Shown one piece after another: positions 24,207-32,000 of a stretch of 32,000 nt of DNA (position 1 is the first letter of the stretch; each line of letters opens with the position of its first letter). The stretch comes from Nostoc sp. PCC 7120 = FACHB-418 (lineage in GTDB: Bacteria; Cyanobacteriota; Cyanobacteriia; Cyanobacteriales; Nostocaceae). A program made the translations under genes and the position numbers. The notes under the pieces were generated by a model. The model worked only from the letters and a program-made list of their open reading frames with translations. It ran no database searches and was not told where the DNA came from. The DNA lies in contig NC_003272.1 of NCBI RefSeq assembly GCF_000009705.1, positions 3,090,001 through 3,122,000 on the forward strand, written 5' to 3'.

Positions 24207-24416
24207 CAGATTCAGGCAATGTTAGGATTAGGTGATTTGAAACAAACAAAGGTTTACCGAGAAGGCTTGGAAGACGGAAAGCGTAAGGGGCGCGTTGAGG
24301 GCAAACTTGAGGCAATACCTCGATTATTGAAATTGGGGTTAACTTTGGAACAGGTAGCAGAAGCACTAGAATTAGACATTACAGAAGTTAGAAAAGCTGC
24401 GCGTGTCCAATTTTGA
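24207..24416 (+). pseudogene. Tandem duplicate of the DUF2887 3-prime end (copy of about 23941-24181)
   Basis: IQAMLGLGDLKQTKVYREGLEDGKRKGRVEGKLEAIPRLLKLGLTLEQVAEALELDITEVRKAA is near-identical to the upstream copy. It has no N-terminal domain of its own. Confidence 0.7.
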
Positions 24417-25418
24417 TCATGCCAATTTCACTAGACTACTAACTTGATACTGCTTGACTTCCTCTAAAGTTGGGTTTGCTCCTGATTTCCAGGCTGTCAT
24501 AACTGAACCTTTTACTTCGACCCTGGCTTGATATGCACCGCTAATATTGCCATCAACTGTGGTGTAATCAATGCGAATATCAGCCCATTCTTGGTTAATT
24601 TCATCACTGGCTAAAACTTGACCGGCTTTATGATATTCCAGCCATTTCCAACCTTCAAGCATCCAAATTTCTCGTTCGGCAATTTGTTCAAAGAAGGATA
24701 AACCACCCCAGCCTCGATAGTAGGGATATAGTTCTTTAACTGAACCATTACGTCGGACTAATAAATCTAAAATTTCTGGTTTTAAATGACCCCAATATTG
24801 TCCTTGGGGTAAGTCAACTAAGGTAGGTGCAAATTCGTGTCCACCAAAATGACTACATCGCCAAAAACGTAAGTTATTATTATTTGCACTCGCGTATTCA
24901 GAACGCAATTTTTGATAAAGCGGATAACCAAATCTGCTACAAGCTGCATCAACATTGCCGTGGTTGCAAACGAGTATTTCTCGAATGTGGTTTGTTGGTT
25001 GGCGATATTGGTTAAGGTTTGGTAATTCTTCTGGATTTTTGAGTAAAGCTAATGCCAAAGAACCAAGTAAAGCATCAGGTACGATAAATTCATGTTTCTC
25101 AAATTGAGCAAAAAATTTGGCGGGTCGGCGATAGTAGAATACACGAGTATAACTTGGATGGGAATACTCTCGGTCTGGTGCGATCGCTAGTGGTCGAATT
25201 GACCCACCATTTCCCCAAATACATTGTAACGGGTCTAATACATCCTGTGGTATGGAGTTAGGGTTTATCCAAATGTTATCTGGCCAAGGTTGTGCAGCTT
25301 CAATAATGAAGTATTGTTCAGCATTGTTCGCTGAACCAATGGGGTCTTCACCGTTAGCTTGGGAAATCTCGGAACAAAAACGGCAATTATTTTGAGTTTT
25401 GTTGGTTGAAATATTCAT
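24417..25418 (-). CDS. Sucrase/ferredoxin-like family protein (Apd1/Aim32-type thioredoxin-like [2Fe-2S] candidate), cassette 4
   Basis: 333-aa ORF with ILVCNHGNVDAACSRFG (C-x8-C), CSHFGGHEFAP (H-x-G-G-H) and EDPIGSA...IIEAAQPW. No signal peptide. It starts 2 nt after the stop of the binding-protein gene. It is a paralogue of 6541-7494. Confidence 0.78.
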   Translation of the reverse strand: MNISTNKTQNNCRFCSEISQANGEDPIGSANNAEQYFIIEAAQPWPDNIWINPNSIPQDVLDPLQCIWGNGGSIRPLAIAPDREYSHPSYTRVFYYRRPAKFFAQFEKHEFIVPDALLGSLALALLKNPEELPNLNQYRQPTNHIREILVCNHGNVDAACSRFGYPLYQKLRSEYASANNNNLRFWRCSHFGGHEFAPTLVDLPQGQYWGHLKPEILDLLVRRNGSVKELYPYYRGWGGLSFFEQIAEREIWMLEGWKWLEYHKAGQVLASDEINQEWADIRIDYTTVDGNISGAYQARVEVKGSVMTAWKSGANPTLEEVKQYQVSSLVKLA

Positions 25419-25420
25419 GA

Positions 25421-26380
25421 TTACTTCACTAAATATTTAAACAAGTCATCCAAAACGAGATTGGCAGCAATGTAGCCGCTTCCACCCCAGTAACTATTTT
25501 CAACTTTATACACTTTTCCAGCCTGTACAGCCTTCAGTTGTTTCCATAGAGGATGATTAAGAACTTGCTGATAAAGTTGTGCTTCGGGATCTCGTGCCGT
25601 TAAAAAAATGATGTCGCCATCAGCATCCCCAATACTTTCAAGGGAGATATCCATTCCCTCTTCCTGGGAAGGTGGGCGAGGTAAGCCGATATCTTCGATA
25701 ATGGTGCTACTCAGGCTAACAGTCTTGGTTTTCCCATATAGGCGGATTCTATCGGGATAAATTTCGATAATTGAGATGACAGTATTTGGGAGGCGATCGC
25801 CCATTTGCTGCTGTAATTCTGCAATCCTTTGATTGTAAGCATTGACGGTTTCTTCAGCTTCAGATGTTTTCCCAAAGGCTTGAGCAAATAGTTGAAAGCA
25901 TTCTTTCCAGCGAATACTCTGACCATCCCACCACTTTGCAATCACAGTAGGAGCCATTTGTGAGAGCCGGTCATACAATTCCTGCTGTTCTCCATAATCA
26001 TCTGTAGCTAAAATTAAATCTGGTTTGATAGTGAGAATTTTCTCTAAACTTAGTTGTCGTGAATCTAAACCAACACTGTCAGAACTTTCAAACCGTTCTC
26101 TCAAGTAATCAGCCTGTTGTGCGTAATTAGTTGTACCTATGGGCTTGAAGTCTAGTATTAAAGCAGCCTCCAAAGCTGGTTCACTTGCAGCAATAATTCG
26201 CTGTGGGATATTAGGAACACAGGTTTCACCCGTAAGATGTTTGACTATTCTGCACTGTGAAGGCAATAACTCAGCAGAGTTAGTTAACTTTTGTGAGACA
26301 TTATTAGTACAAGCAGAAAACAGCACAACTGCCATAAGTGTTAACCCAAAGAACCCCAGCCCACGACGAATTTTATACAT
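25421..26380 (-). CDS. Periplasmic iron-siderophore binding lipoprotein, cassette 4 (type B)
   Basis: 319-aa ORF with lipobox VLFSAC, CRIVKHLTGETC, KPDLILA and VYKVENSYWGG. Confidence 0.88.
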   Translation of the reverse strand: MYKIRRGLGFFGLTLMAVVLFSACTNNVSQKLTNSAELLPSQCRIVKHLTGETCVPNIPQRIIAASEPALEAALILDFKPIGTTNYAQQADYLRERFESSDSVGLDSRQLSLEKILTIKPDLILATDDYGEQQELYDRLSQMAPTVIAKWWDGQSIRWKECFQLFAQAFGKTSEAEETVNAYNQRIAELQQQMGDRLPNTVISIIEIYPDRIRLYGKTKTVSLSSTIIEDIGLPRPPSQEEGMDISLESIGDADGDIIFLTARDPEAQLYQQVLNHPLWKQLKAVQAGKVYKVENSYWGGSGYIAANLVLDDLFKYLVK

Positions 26381-26421
26381 TTTAAAAAGTTGATTTAGTT
26401 CTACTCGAAGTGCAGGACAAT

Positions 26422-29001
26422 CTAAAACTCAACGGACACCGTTCCTCTTACCGTGAACGGCTCACCAGGGTTAATGCGATTCCGGCGCTGGCCACTATCT
26501 TCGATATAATCGACATTGAAAAGGTTGTTAATATTAATACCAGCCCGCCAGTTATTTCGTCGATAAAATATACTGGCATCAGTACGCACGTAGCTAGGCA
26601 GTTGAAAAGAGTTATTCAAATCACCTTGGCGTTCACCCACATAAAATAAACCCAAGCCAAATCCTAAGCCTTGGAAATCACCTGTTTGAATTTCATAAGT
26701 TGACCACAAACTGGCTGAATTAAACGGTACACCATCAAGTAAATTACCCGGCTGTAGGTTGTCATCTTTGGTAACTCTGGCATCAGTGTAAGCATAGGAA
26801 GCAATCAAATTCCATCCCGGCAAAATTTGCCCTGTGACATCCAACTCCACACCCCGGCTTCTTTGCTCTCCTGATGGAATGGAGAAATTTGGATTATCTG
26901 GATCAGTAACCGCAAGATTACTCCTGGTGATTTCATAAGCAGCCAAATTTGTAATCAAGCTACCATTGAGAAACTCACCTCTGACACCAACTTCATACTG
27001 TGTACCGCGCACTGGTTCAAGGAGCGAACCATCTGCACGATTTCCAAAGTTAGGTTGAAATGATCTACTGAAGCTGGTATATAAAGAAATTGGCTCAATC
27101 GGTTGATAGACGATACCCACTCGCGGACTAAAGGCTTGATCTTGCCGTTCATCAGAAGCAGAGCTTTGATCGATATTGTCAAAGCGTCCACCTACTAGCA
27201 GTTTTAAGTTTTCAGCTAGGGTAATTTGATTTTGCACAAACACGCCAATGGAATCTGTTTGAGATCCAAAAGGGAATACATCTGCAAATTCATCTCTGCT
27301 AGGTCGGGTAGCAATTCCATAAACAGGATTAAAGATATTAATGCTAGGAGCGGGTTCAAAAAGAGATACTCCTCCGTCATTTACCCAAGATAAATCAACG
27401 CCAAATAGCAGGGTGTGCTGGATTGATCCCGTAGCAAAATTTCCCACTAGATCGGTTTGCAATTCATAATTTCTTACAGTAAATTCACCCAGAGAAAATT
27501 CTCTACGTAGCTCCCCAGTAGTTTCGTTGAGCCTGCCAGGTTCGAGCCGATTATTGGTTTGGTCAGAGGAAGAGTATCGAAACTGATTCCGGAGTTTCCA
27601 GTCATCATTGAAACGATGCTCTAATCGATATCCTGCTAAAAAATTTGTTCTTTCACTGAAGTCGTCTGGTTCACCCAAAACTCGGTCAAAGGGAATATCA
27701 GCAATACCTGTACCAAAAGCAACTAATCCCCGATCATATGGACGCTTATCGTTTGAGTATTCTAATTCAAGTCTGAGGTCAGTGCGATCGCCAATCTTCC
27801 AAGTAACTACAGGTGAAATGAAAAATCTCTCAACTTCTGTATCAAAATTCCGAAAGTTTCCGCCTCTCTCATAAGCTGCATTCAAGCGATAAAGCAGTGT
27901 TCGTTCTGGGTTTAAGGGGCCTGATAAATCAAGGGTTGGTCGCACTAAACCAAAACTTCCAACCTGCAATCCCGCAGCATAAAAAGGCTCTGAAAGGGGT
28001 TGTTTGGTAACGAAGTTAATCACACCACCAGGGTCTAAATTACCATAGAGTACAGAAGCCGGTCCTTTGAGGACTTCTATCCGTTCCAAATTTGCCGTTT
28101 CTACAATAGAAAAATTGTTTCTATTGTTAAAGCCATCGCGGAGATTCCCTCCAAATTGTGGAAAACCACGAATATTAAATACCTCGGATGTACCGCCAAC
28201 TTTATTTCCCTGCTGCACACCACTGACACTACGTAGTGCATCTGAGGCTCGAATCACCTGTCTGTCCTCTAGCACCTGTCGGGGAACTGCTTGAATTGAT
28301 TGGGGAATATCACGTAGGGGTGTGTCCGTTCTTGTCGCAGTTGTGGCATTGGGTACACTGTATCTATCTTGCTGACCAGTTACTACCAATTCAATCGGCT
28401 GGTCTGGAGTTGATGGTTGTTCTGTTTGAGTTTCTGGTTCTTCTGGTAATTTTGGAGTCTGTGCAGAAGTAACAACTGGTGTCAAGCCAAAAATCAGACC
28501 TTCATCACTATCAAATAACTCCGCCGTAGGTAATCCCGCCTCTCCTATGACTGTGACTCGGATAGTATTAGCATCCAAGTTTGTTACCGTTATCTCAGTA
28601 ATTCCCTCAATTGGTTTTTCCGAACGGAATATGAACCCATCGCTATTGGGTAAACGCAATTGAGCATTGGCAATATCTGCGATAAAGTTATTATCGGCAC
28701 TACGATTGGTGATTTGTAACTCTTCTCCTTGATTCGTCTGCAAAATCAACTCCACCCCTTTATCTGTGGGAGTGGCTTTCACTCCTGTCACTTCCACCAG
28801 TGTGGGGGAATTAGGTACTTGAGACAGCAATTCAGCTTGATTAACAAGACGTTTACGTAATTCTCTGTGCGTAATATTTTGCAAAACGCCCGATTTTGTC
28901 TGAACCACTTCAGCAGAAGCAGAAGGCACAATCAATGTCGATACAATACCTGTTAAGCAAAGACTATACAAAATTTGTTGATTCACCGTACTCACCCTCA
29001 A
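26422..29001 (-). CDS. TonB-dependent siderophore receptor with AMIN-like domain, cassette 4
   Basis: 859-aa ORF with signal peptide, AMIN-like domain, PIELVVTG, plug (DTPLRDIPQSIQAV, VLKGPASVLYG), barrel and terminal F. The track start is TTG 29001. In-frame GTG codons at 28995 and 28986 are alternatives, so the start is uncertain. Confidence 0.9.
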   Translation of the reverse strand: MRVSTVNQQILYSLCLTGIVSTLIVPSASAEVVQTKSGVLQNITHRELRKRLVNQAELLSQVPNSPTLVEVTGVKATPTDKGVELILQTNQGEELQITNRSADNNFIADIANAQLRLPNSDGFIFRSEKPIEGITEITVTNLDANTIRVTVIGEAGLPTAELFDSDEGLIFGLTPVVTSAQTPKLPEEPETQTEQPSTPDQPIELVVTGQQDRYSVPNATTATRTDTPLRDIPQSIQAVPRQVLEDRQVIRASDALRSVSGVQQGNKVGGTSEVFNIRGFPQFGGNLRDGFNNRNNFSIVETANLERIEVLKGPASVLYGNLDPGGVINFVTKQPLSEPFYAAGLQVGSFGLVRPTLDLSGPLNPERTLLYRLNAAYERGGNFRNFDTEVERFFISPVVTWKIGDRTDLRLELEYSNDKRPYDRGLVAFGTGIADIPFDRVLGEPDDFSERTNFLAGYRLEHRFNDDWKLRNQFRYSSSDQTNNRLEPGRLNETTGELRREFSLGEFTVRNYELQTDLVGNFATGSIQHTLLFGVDLSWVNDGGVSLFEPAPSINIFNPVYGIATRPSRDEFADVFPFGSQTDSIGVFVQNQITLAENLKLLVGGRFDNIDQSSASDERQDQAFSPRVGIVYQPIEPISLYTSFSRSFQPNFGNRADGSLLEPVRGTQYEVGVRGEFLNGSLITNLAAYEITRSNLAVTDPDNPNFSIPSGEQRSRGVELDVTGQILPGWNLIASYAYTDARVTKDDNLQPGNLLDGVPFNSASLWSTYEIQTGDFQGLGFGLGLFYVGERQGDLNNSFQLPSYVRTDASIFYRRNNWRAGININNLFNVDYIEDSGQRRNRINPGEPFTVRGTVSVEF

Positions 29002-29114
29002 ACCACAGTTACATCACATTAACGAGTAGATTAAAACTAGGGTTTTAACCTGCTAGTTAGGAATACTTTTCAATTATTGTGAAAGTATTTTGATGGTTCT
29101 GTGGTTACTGAGTC

Positions 29115-29151
29115 TATCCATAGACAGACTTTCTTTATCCATAGACGGACT
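29115..29151 (-). promoter_or_regulatory. Direct repeat TATCCATAGAC(A/G)GACT x2 with a 21-bp period (gene-sense AGTCYGTCTATGGATA), upstream of receptor 4. Candidate AraC-4 operator.
   Basis: Read directly. A truncated third copy (AGACAGACT) overlaps the AraC-4 stop codon at 30319-30327. Confidence 0.4.
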
Positions 29152-29329
29152 ATTTTTACTTTCCGTAAGCACTGGGATTTACCATTCACAGCGATACTAC
29201 GTATCACTGTGAAGCATTTAAGCGAAAAACCAGCCCATCCCTAAAAGTTGGCTGTTCTCCTAACTTCCGCTTTCGTAAAGTATATTATCAATTGTTGGTT
29301 GCACTGTCGCTTAACCCAAGCTACATCTA

Positions 29330-30268
29330 TTAATCTGCTTCTGGTAAATTAGAGTTAACAAGCTGTGCAAATTCTTCTATAGAACTAACATTAATTGCTG
29401 ATATAAATATTTGTTCTAAAAAAGATGTATCATCAATTTGATTAATGTTTGCAACTAAATTTTCGGGAATATCACCAAACCGCACTTGCACAAGTTTGAT
29501 AATATTTTGTTTCAGAGTTTGTTTTATAGTCCGTTGTTCGATGTTAGTTAAAAGTGGCATTTTTCGTTCCTCTTGATAATTAGCTAATTTTTCCTCAAAA
29601 CTTAATTGCAGGTCTGGAGATAAAGCCATCATTAAATCAATGACTTTATACAAATCAACAATTTCTTTACGGTTATAACCTCTTTCATAAAGTAATCTAG
29701 CTAAGTTCCATTTCCACTGTTCCCTAGCTGACAAATTGCTGTTAGTGGCTTTAGTCCTTAAATGTGCCATTACCACTATAGCAAAAATATTATTACTTTG
29801 ATCTAACTCCTCCCACTGATAATCTAGAAGCTTAACAATAGAAAAGTTAAAGATTAATTGACTACTGCCTAAACCATATTAGTAAGAACTAGGTCGCCAA
29901 TTTTTAGTTTCATCTCCCAGTATGGCTAAACTAATAACTGGTTTTTTATATAAATCAAAAGCTCGATAGTTGTAGATAAACATTCTTTGGGAAAATTCTT
30001 TATCATATTGACTTTGTACTTCTACATGAATTAATATCCACACTTCTTGGTTATCTAACAACCACACTTGAAATAATTTATCAGCATGGCGTGTTTTGCT
30101 GTCCGCAGATGCGGTAATCTGTTCTAATTCTTTATCTAGAGAAATGGGGTTTTTAGTCCAATCTATTTGTTGATATATTTCTGGGTAAAAGAAGGCAAGA
30201 AATGAATCAAAATAATCTCCTATTACTTCTTTCCAGGTTTCATCATAGTTAGCTGTAATTTCCGTCAT
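29330..30268 (-). pseudogene. Rpn-family (PD-(D/E)XK nuclease / putative transposase with DUF4351 C-terminus) gene, interrupted by one in-frame TAA
   Basis: Track ORFs 29879-30268 and 29330-29776 are in the same frame. The sequence between them reads through as ...NWRPSSY*YGLGSSQLIFNFSIVKLLDYQWEELDQSNNIFAIVVMAHLRT..., with a single stop at 29879-29881. Confidence 0.7.
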
Positions 30269-30325
30269 TGTGATTAAAATAGTGTCAATAATTGTCTAAT
30301 ATTTGTGCCTTCTGCGTTAGACAGA

Positions 30326-31306
30326 CTATTTTTGTCGGTAAGCACTGGGATTTACCCCAAATTTTTTTCTGAATGCAGCCGCAAAGTGACTTAGATGAGA
30401 ATAGCCTACAGCATGGGCAACTTGGGCAACAGTCAATTTTTGTTCTGTCAACATTTGTTTAGCTTGTTCCATGCGATGATCATGCAGGTAGCCAAAAACT
30501 GTAGTCCCAAATATCTGCCGAAAACCCTGCTTCAGTTTTCGTTCATTCACCGTGATTCGACGTGATAGTTCTAGCAATGTTGGTGGATGATGTAAGTTAG
30601 TAATGAGAATATCTCTGGCATAGTAAATACGTTCTATATCATCTGGGGCAAGTTTGACTGTAGATTGGTTAATCTGACGATAATCTAGTTCTTGTGCCAG
30701 CCACAAAGCCACAAGTTCCAGTGCTTTACTTTGTAGATAAACCTCTCGGATAAAATCTCGGTAGGGACAATTGAGAATTTGGTATAGCACCGACTGCATT
30801 ACAGGTGTAGTGGTTCGCAGTTCGTAGTAAGGTGCATTTTTAACCCCGAAAAGCGGAAGTTGCTGGTGTGGAGATAAGTATTGTGAGTGTTGCTGAATCA
30901 ACATAGCCCACATTTCCGGCGTGAGGTTAATATCAACTTTCAGGTGTCGTTGATTACCCGCCCACTCTGTTACATCTCCGCGACCGACATCCGACAAACA
31001 CAAGAAGTTTTGACCACCTTGCATCACCTCACCTGTATACAATTTACGGTTTCCCGATAGCCGAAAACCTATTTCCGGCCATCCCTCGCCGTCTGGTTCT
31101 TTCAAGATAATATGGTTGAAGAATACATTATTTTCAATATCTATAGAAATACCATCCGGTAGGAACGTGCGCTGCCAATATCCTTTACCAATAGACTCTG
31201 AATATTTCAAAACAATGTCATTTTCAGTTTGATGAGGTTGATTACCGTTGATAGCTGTCTCTTCAAACATTTCATCCATATTTTTGATTGATAAGATACC
31301 AGCCAT
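30326..31306 (-). CDS. AraC-family transcriptional regulator, cassette 4 (the most divergent paralogue)
   Basis: 326-aa ORF with the AraC HTH LSRRITVNERKLKQGFRQIFGTTVFGYLHDHRMEQAKQML...VGYSHLSHFAAAFRKKFGVNP. Confidence 0.9.
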   Translation of the reverse strand: MAGILSIKNMDEMFEETAINGNQPHQTENDIVLKYSESIGKGYWQRTFLPDGISIDIENNVFFNHIILKEPDGEGWPEIGFRLSGNRKLYTGEVMQGGQNFLCLSDVGRGDVTEWAGNQRHLKVDINLTPEMWAMLIQQHSQYLSPHQQLPLFGVKNAPYYELRTTTPVMQSVLYQILNCPYRDFIREVYLQSKALELVALWLAQELDYRQINQSTVKLAPDDIERIYYARDILITNLHHPPTLLELSRRITVNERKLKQGFRQIFGTTVFGYLHDHRMEQAKQMLTEQKLTVAQVAHAVGYSHLSHFAAAFRKKFGVNPSAYRQK

Positions 31307-31462
31307 CTCTAGTTACACGCTCTTAAAGGTGATATTTACAACTAGGTTAACAGCTATTAGATAATTTTCTCAAGAGGGATGTCATCGCCCAATACCTGAC
31401 GGGTTTGATATCAAGACTGTATCTATTACTAAAAAAGTTGATGGTTATTATTTAAATCTTGT

Positions 31463-31491
31463 TTGACAATATTATCAATAATGATAATATT
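31463..31491 (+). promoter_or_regulatory. Fur-box palindrome embedded in a sigma70-like promoter: TTGACA (31463-31468), AATATTATCA-ataa-TGATAATATT (31468-31491), -10 TAATAT (31485-31490)
   Basis: The inverted arms are a perfect 10 bp. ATAATGATAAT matches 11 contiguous positions of the Fur consensus. The spacer between -35 and -10 is 16 bp. Confidence 0.6.
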
Positions 31492-31524
31492 ACTGTTAAC
31501 GATAACATTTATTTCTCTAAAACT

Positions 31525-32000
31525 TTGAGTGGTAGCAAAGCAGACCTAATTCTCCATCCTGTCCGATTAAAGATTCTTCAAGCTTTTGTAGGCGATCGCC
31601 ATCTTTCAGCACGGCAATTGTGCGAAATACTACCCGATATCCCTCAAGCAACGTTGTATCGTCATTTCCAAAAGCTTGTACAGGCAGAACTTCTGACCGT
31701 TATAGCAGAACATCCTATACGTGGTACTGTGGAAAAATTTTACAGTCTACAAGAGCAAAACACTGAGCTTTTACCAGAAGAACTAGCCGCCTTAACAGGT
31801 GCAGATCATCAACGCCATTTCACAGCCTTTGTCGTTAGCTTGTTGACTGAGTTTGAAGCGTATTTACAACGGGATGAGATTGATATTGTCAAAGATGGAG
31901 TTGGCTATCGTCAGATAGCACTGCATTTGAGTGATGAGGAACTGGCTGAGTTAACACAATCTCTCAATCAGGTACTAGTGAAGTTTTTGCACCAAAAACC
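31525..32000 (+). CDS. ArsR-like winged-helix transcriptional regulator, partial. The ORF is open to the window end.
   Basis: TTG 31525 gives LSGSKADLILHPVRLKILQAFVGDRHLSARQLCEILPDIPQATLYRHFQKLVQAELL..., with no stop through 32000. No in-frame ATG is available, so the start is uncertain. Confidence 0.6.
   Translation, partial: MSGSKADLILHPVRLKILQAFVGDRHLSARQLCEILPDIPQATLYRHFQKLVQAELLTVIAEHPIRGTVEKFYSLQEQNTELLPEELAALTGADHQRHFTAFVVSLLTEFEAYLQRDEIDIVKDGVGYRQIALHLSDEELAELTQSLNQVLVKFLHQK

Noticed and set aside
23907-24366. Minus-strand ORFs 23907-24137 and 23989-24366 with repetitive peptides (YLRVYLRVYLRVYP, SLPSSLPSSLPS)
   Set aside because: They are antisense read-through of the 12-bp GKLE repeat and the duplicated DUF2887 tail, so the repeats are translation artefacts.
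1-32000. CRISPR arrays, tRNA, rRNA or riboswitch-like elements
   Set aside because: The only tandem arrays are heptamer, decamer, 12-mer and 14-mer repeats without spacers. I recognised no cloverleaf-like or rRNA-like sequence.

Overview
The window is a cyanobacterial iron/siderophore-uptake island. The host looks like a Nostoc/Anabaena-type organism: I counted about 20 HIP1 GCGATCGC sites by eye, plus STRR-type heptamer arrays and DUF2887 and Rpn-like repeat gene families. One inner-membrane importer operon lies at the left edge on the minus strand: two FecCD permeases and the start of a FecE/FhuC-like ATPase. It is followed by four paralogous specificity cassettes. Each cassette has an AraC-family regulator, a TonB-dependent receptor with an N-terminal AMIN-like domain, and a lipoprotein FhuD/FecB-type binding protein. 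Cassettes 1-3 are on the plus strand (2.8-19.1 kb). Cassette 4 is inverted (24.4-31.3 kb). Three cassettes also carry a small cytoplasmic thioredoxin-like ferredoxin-fold gene. In cassettes 1 and 4 it is a Sucrase/ferredoxin-like protein (Apd1/Aim32-type C-x8-C ... H-x-x-G-H). In cassette 2 it is a DUF1636/COG5469-like protein. I consider these genes the most interesting candidates, possibly an undescribed reductive iron-release module. Between cassettes 3 and 4 lie a QorB/YtfG-like oxidoreductase with a divergent HxlR regulator, and then a roughly 3.7 kb gene-decay zone. The decay zone holds Uma2, AAA, binding-protein, CPBP, ABC-exporter and DUF2887 relics, a MITE with 10-bp target duplications, and a convergent pair of unknown 62-aa paralogues. 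Regulatory signals include Fur-box-like palindromes and direct repeats with a 21-22 bp period that overlap each AraC stop codon. No rRNA, tRNA or CRISPR array was recognised. All family assignments rest on motif recognition by eye and were not checked by database search.
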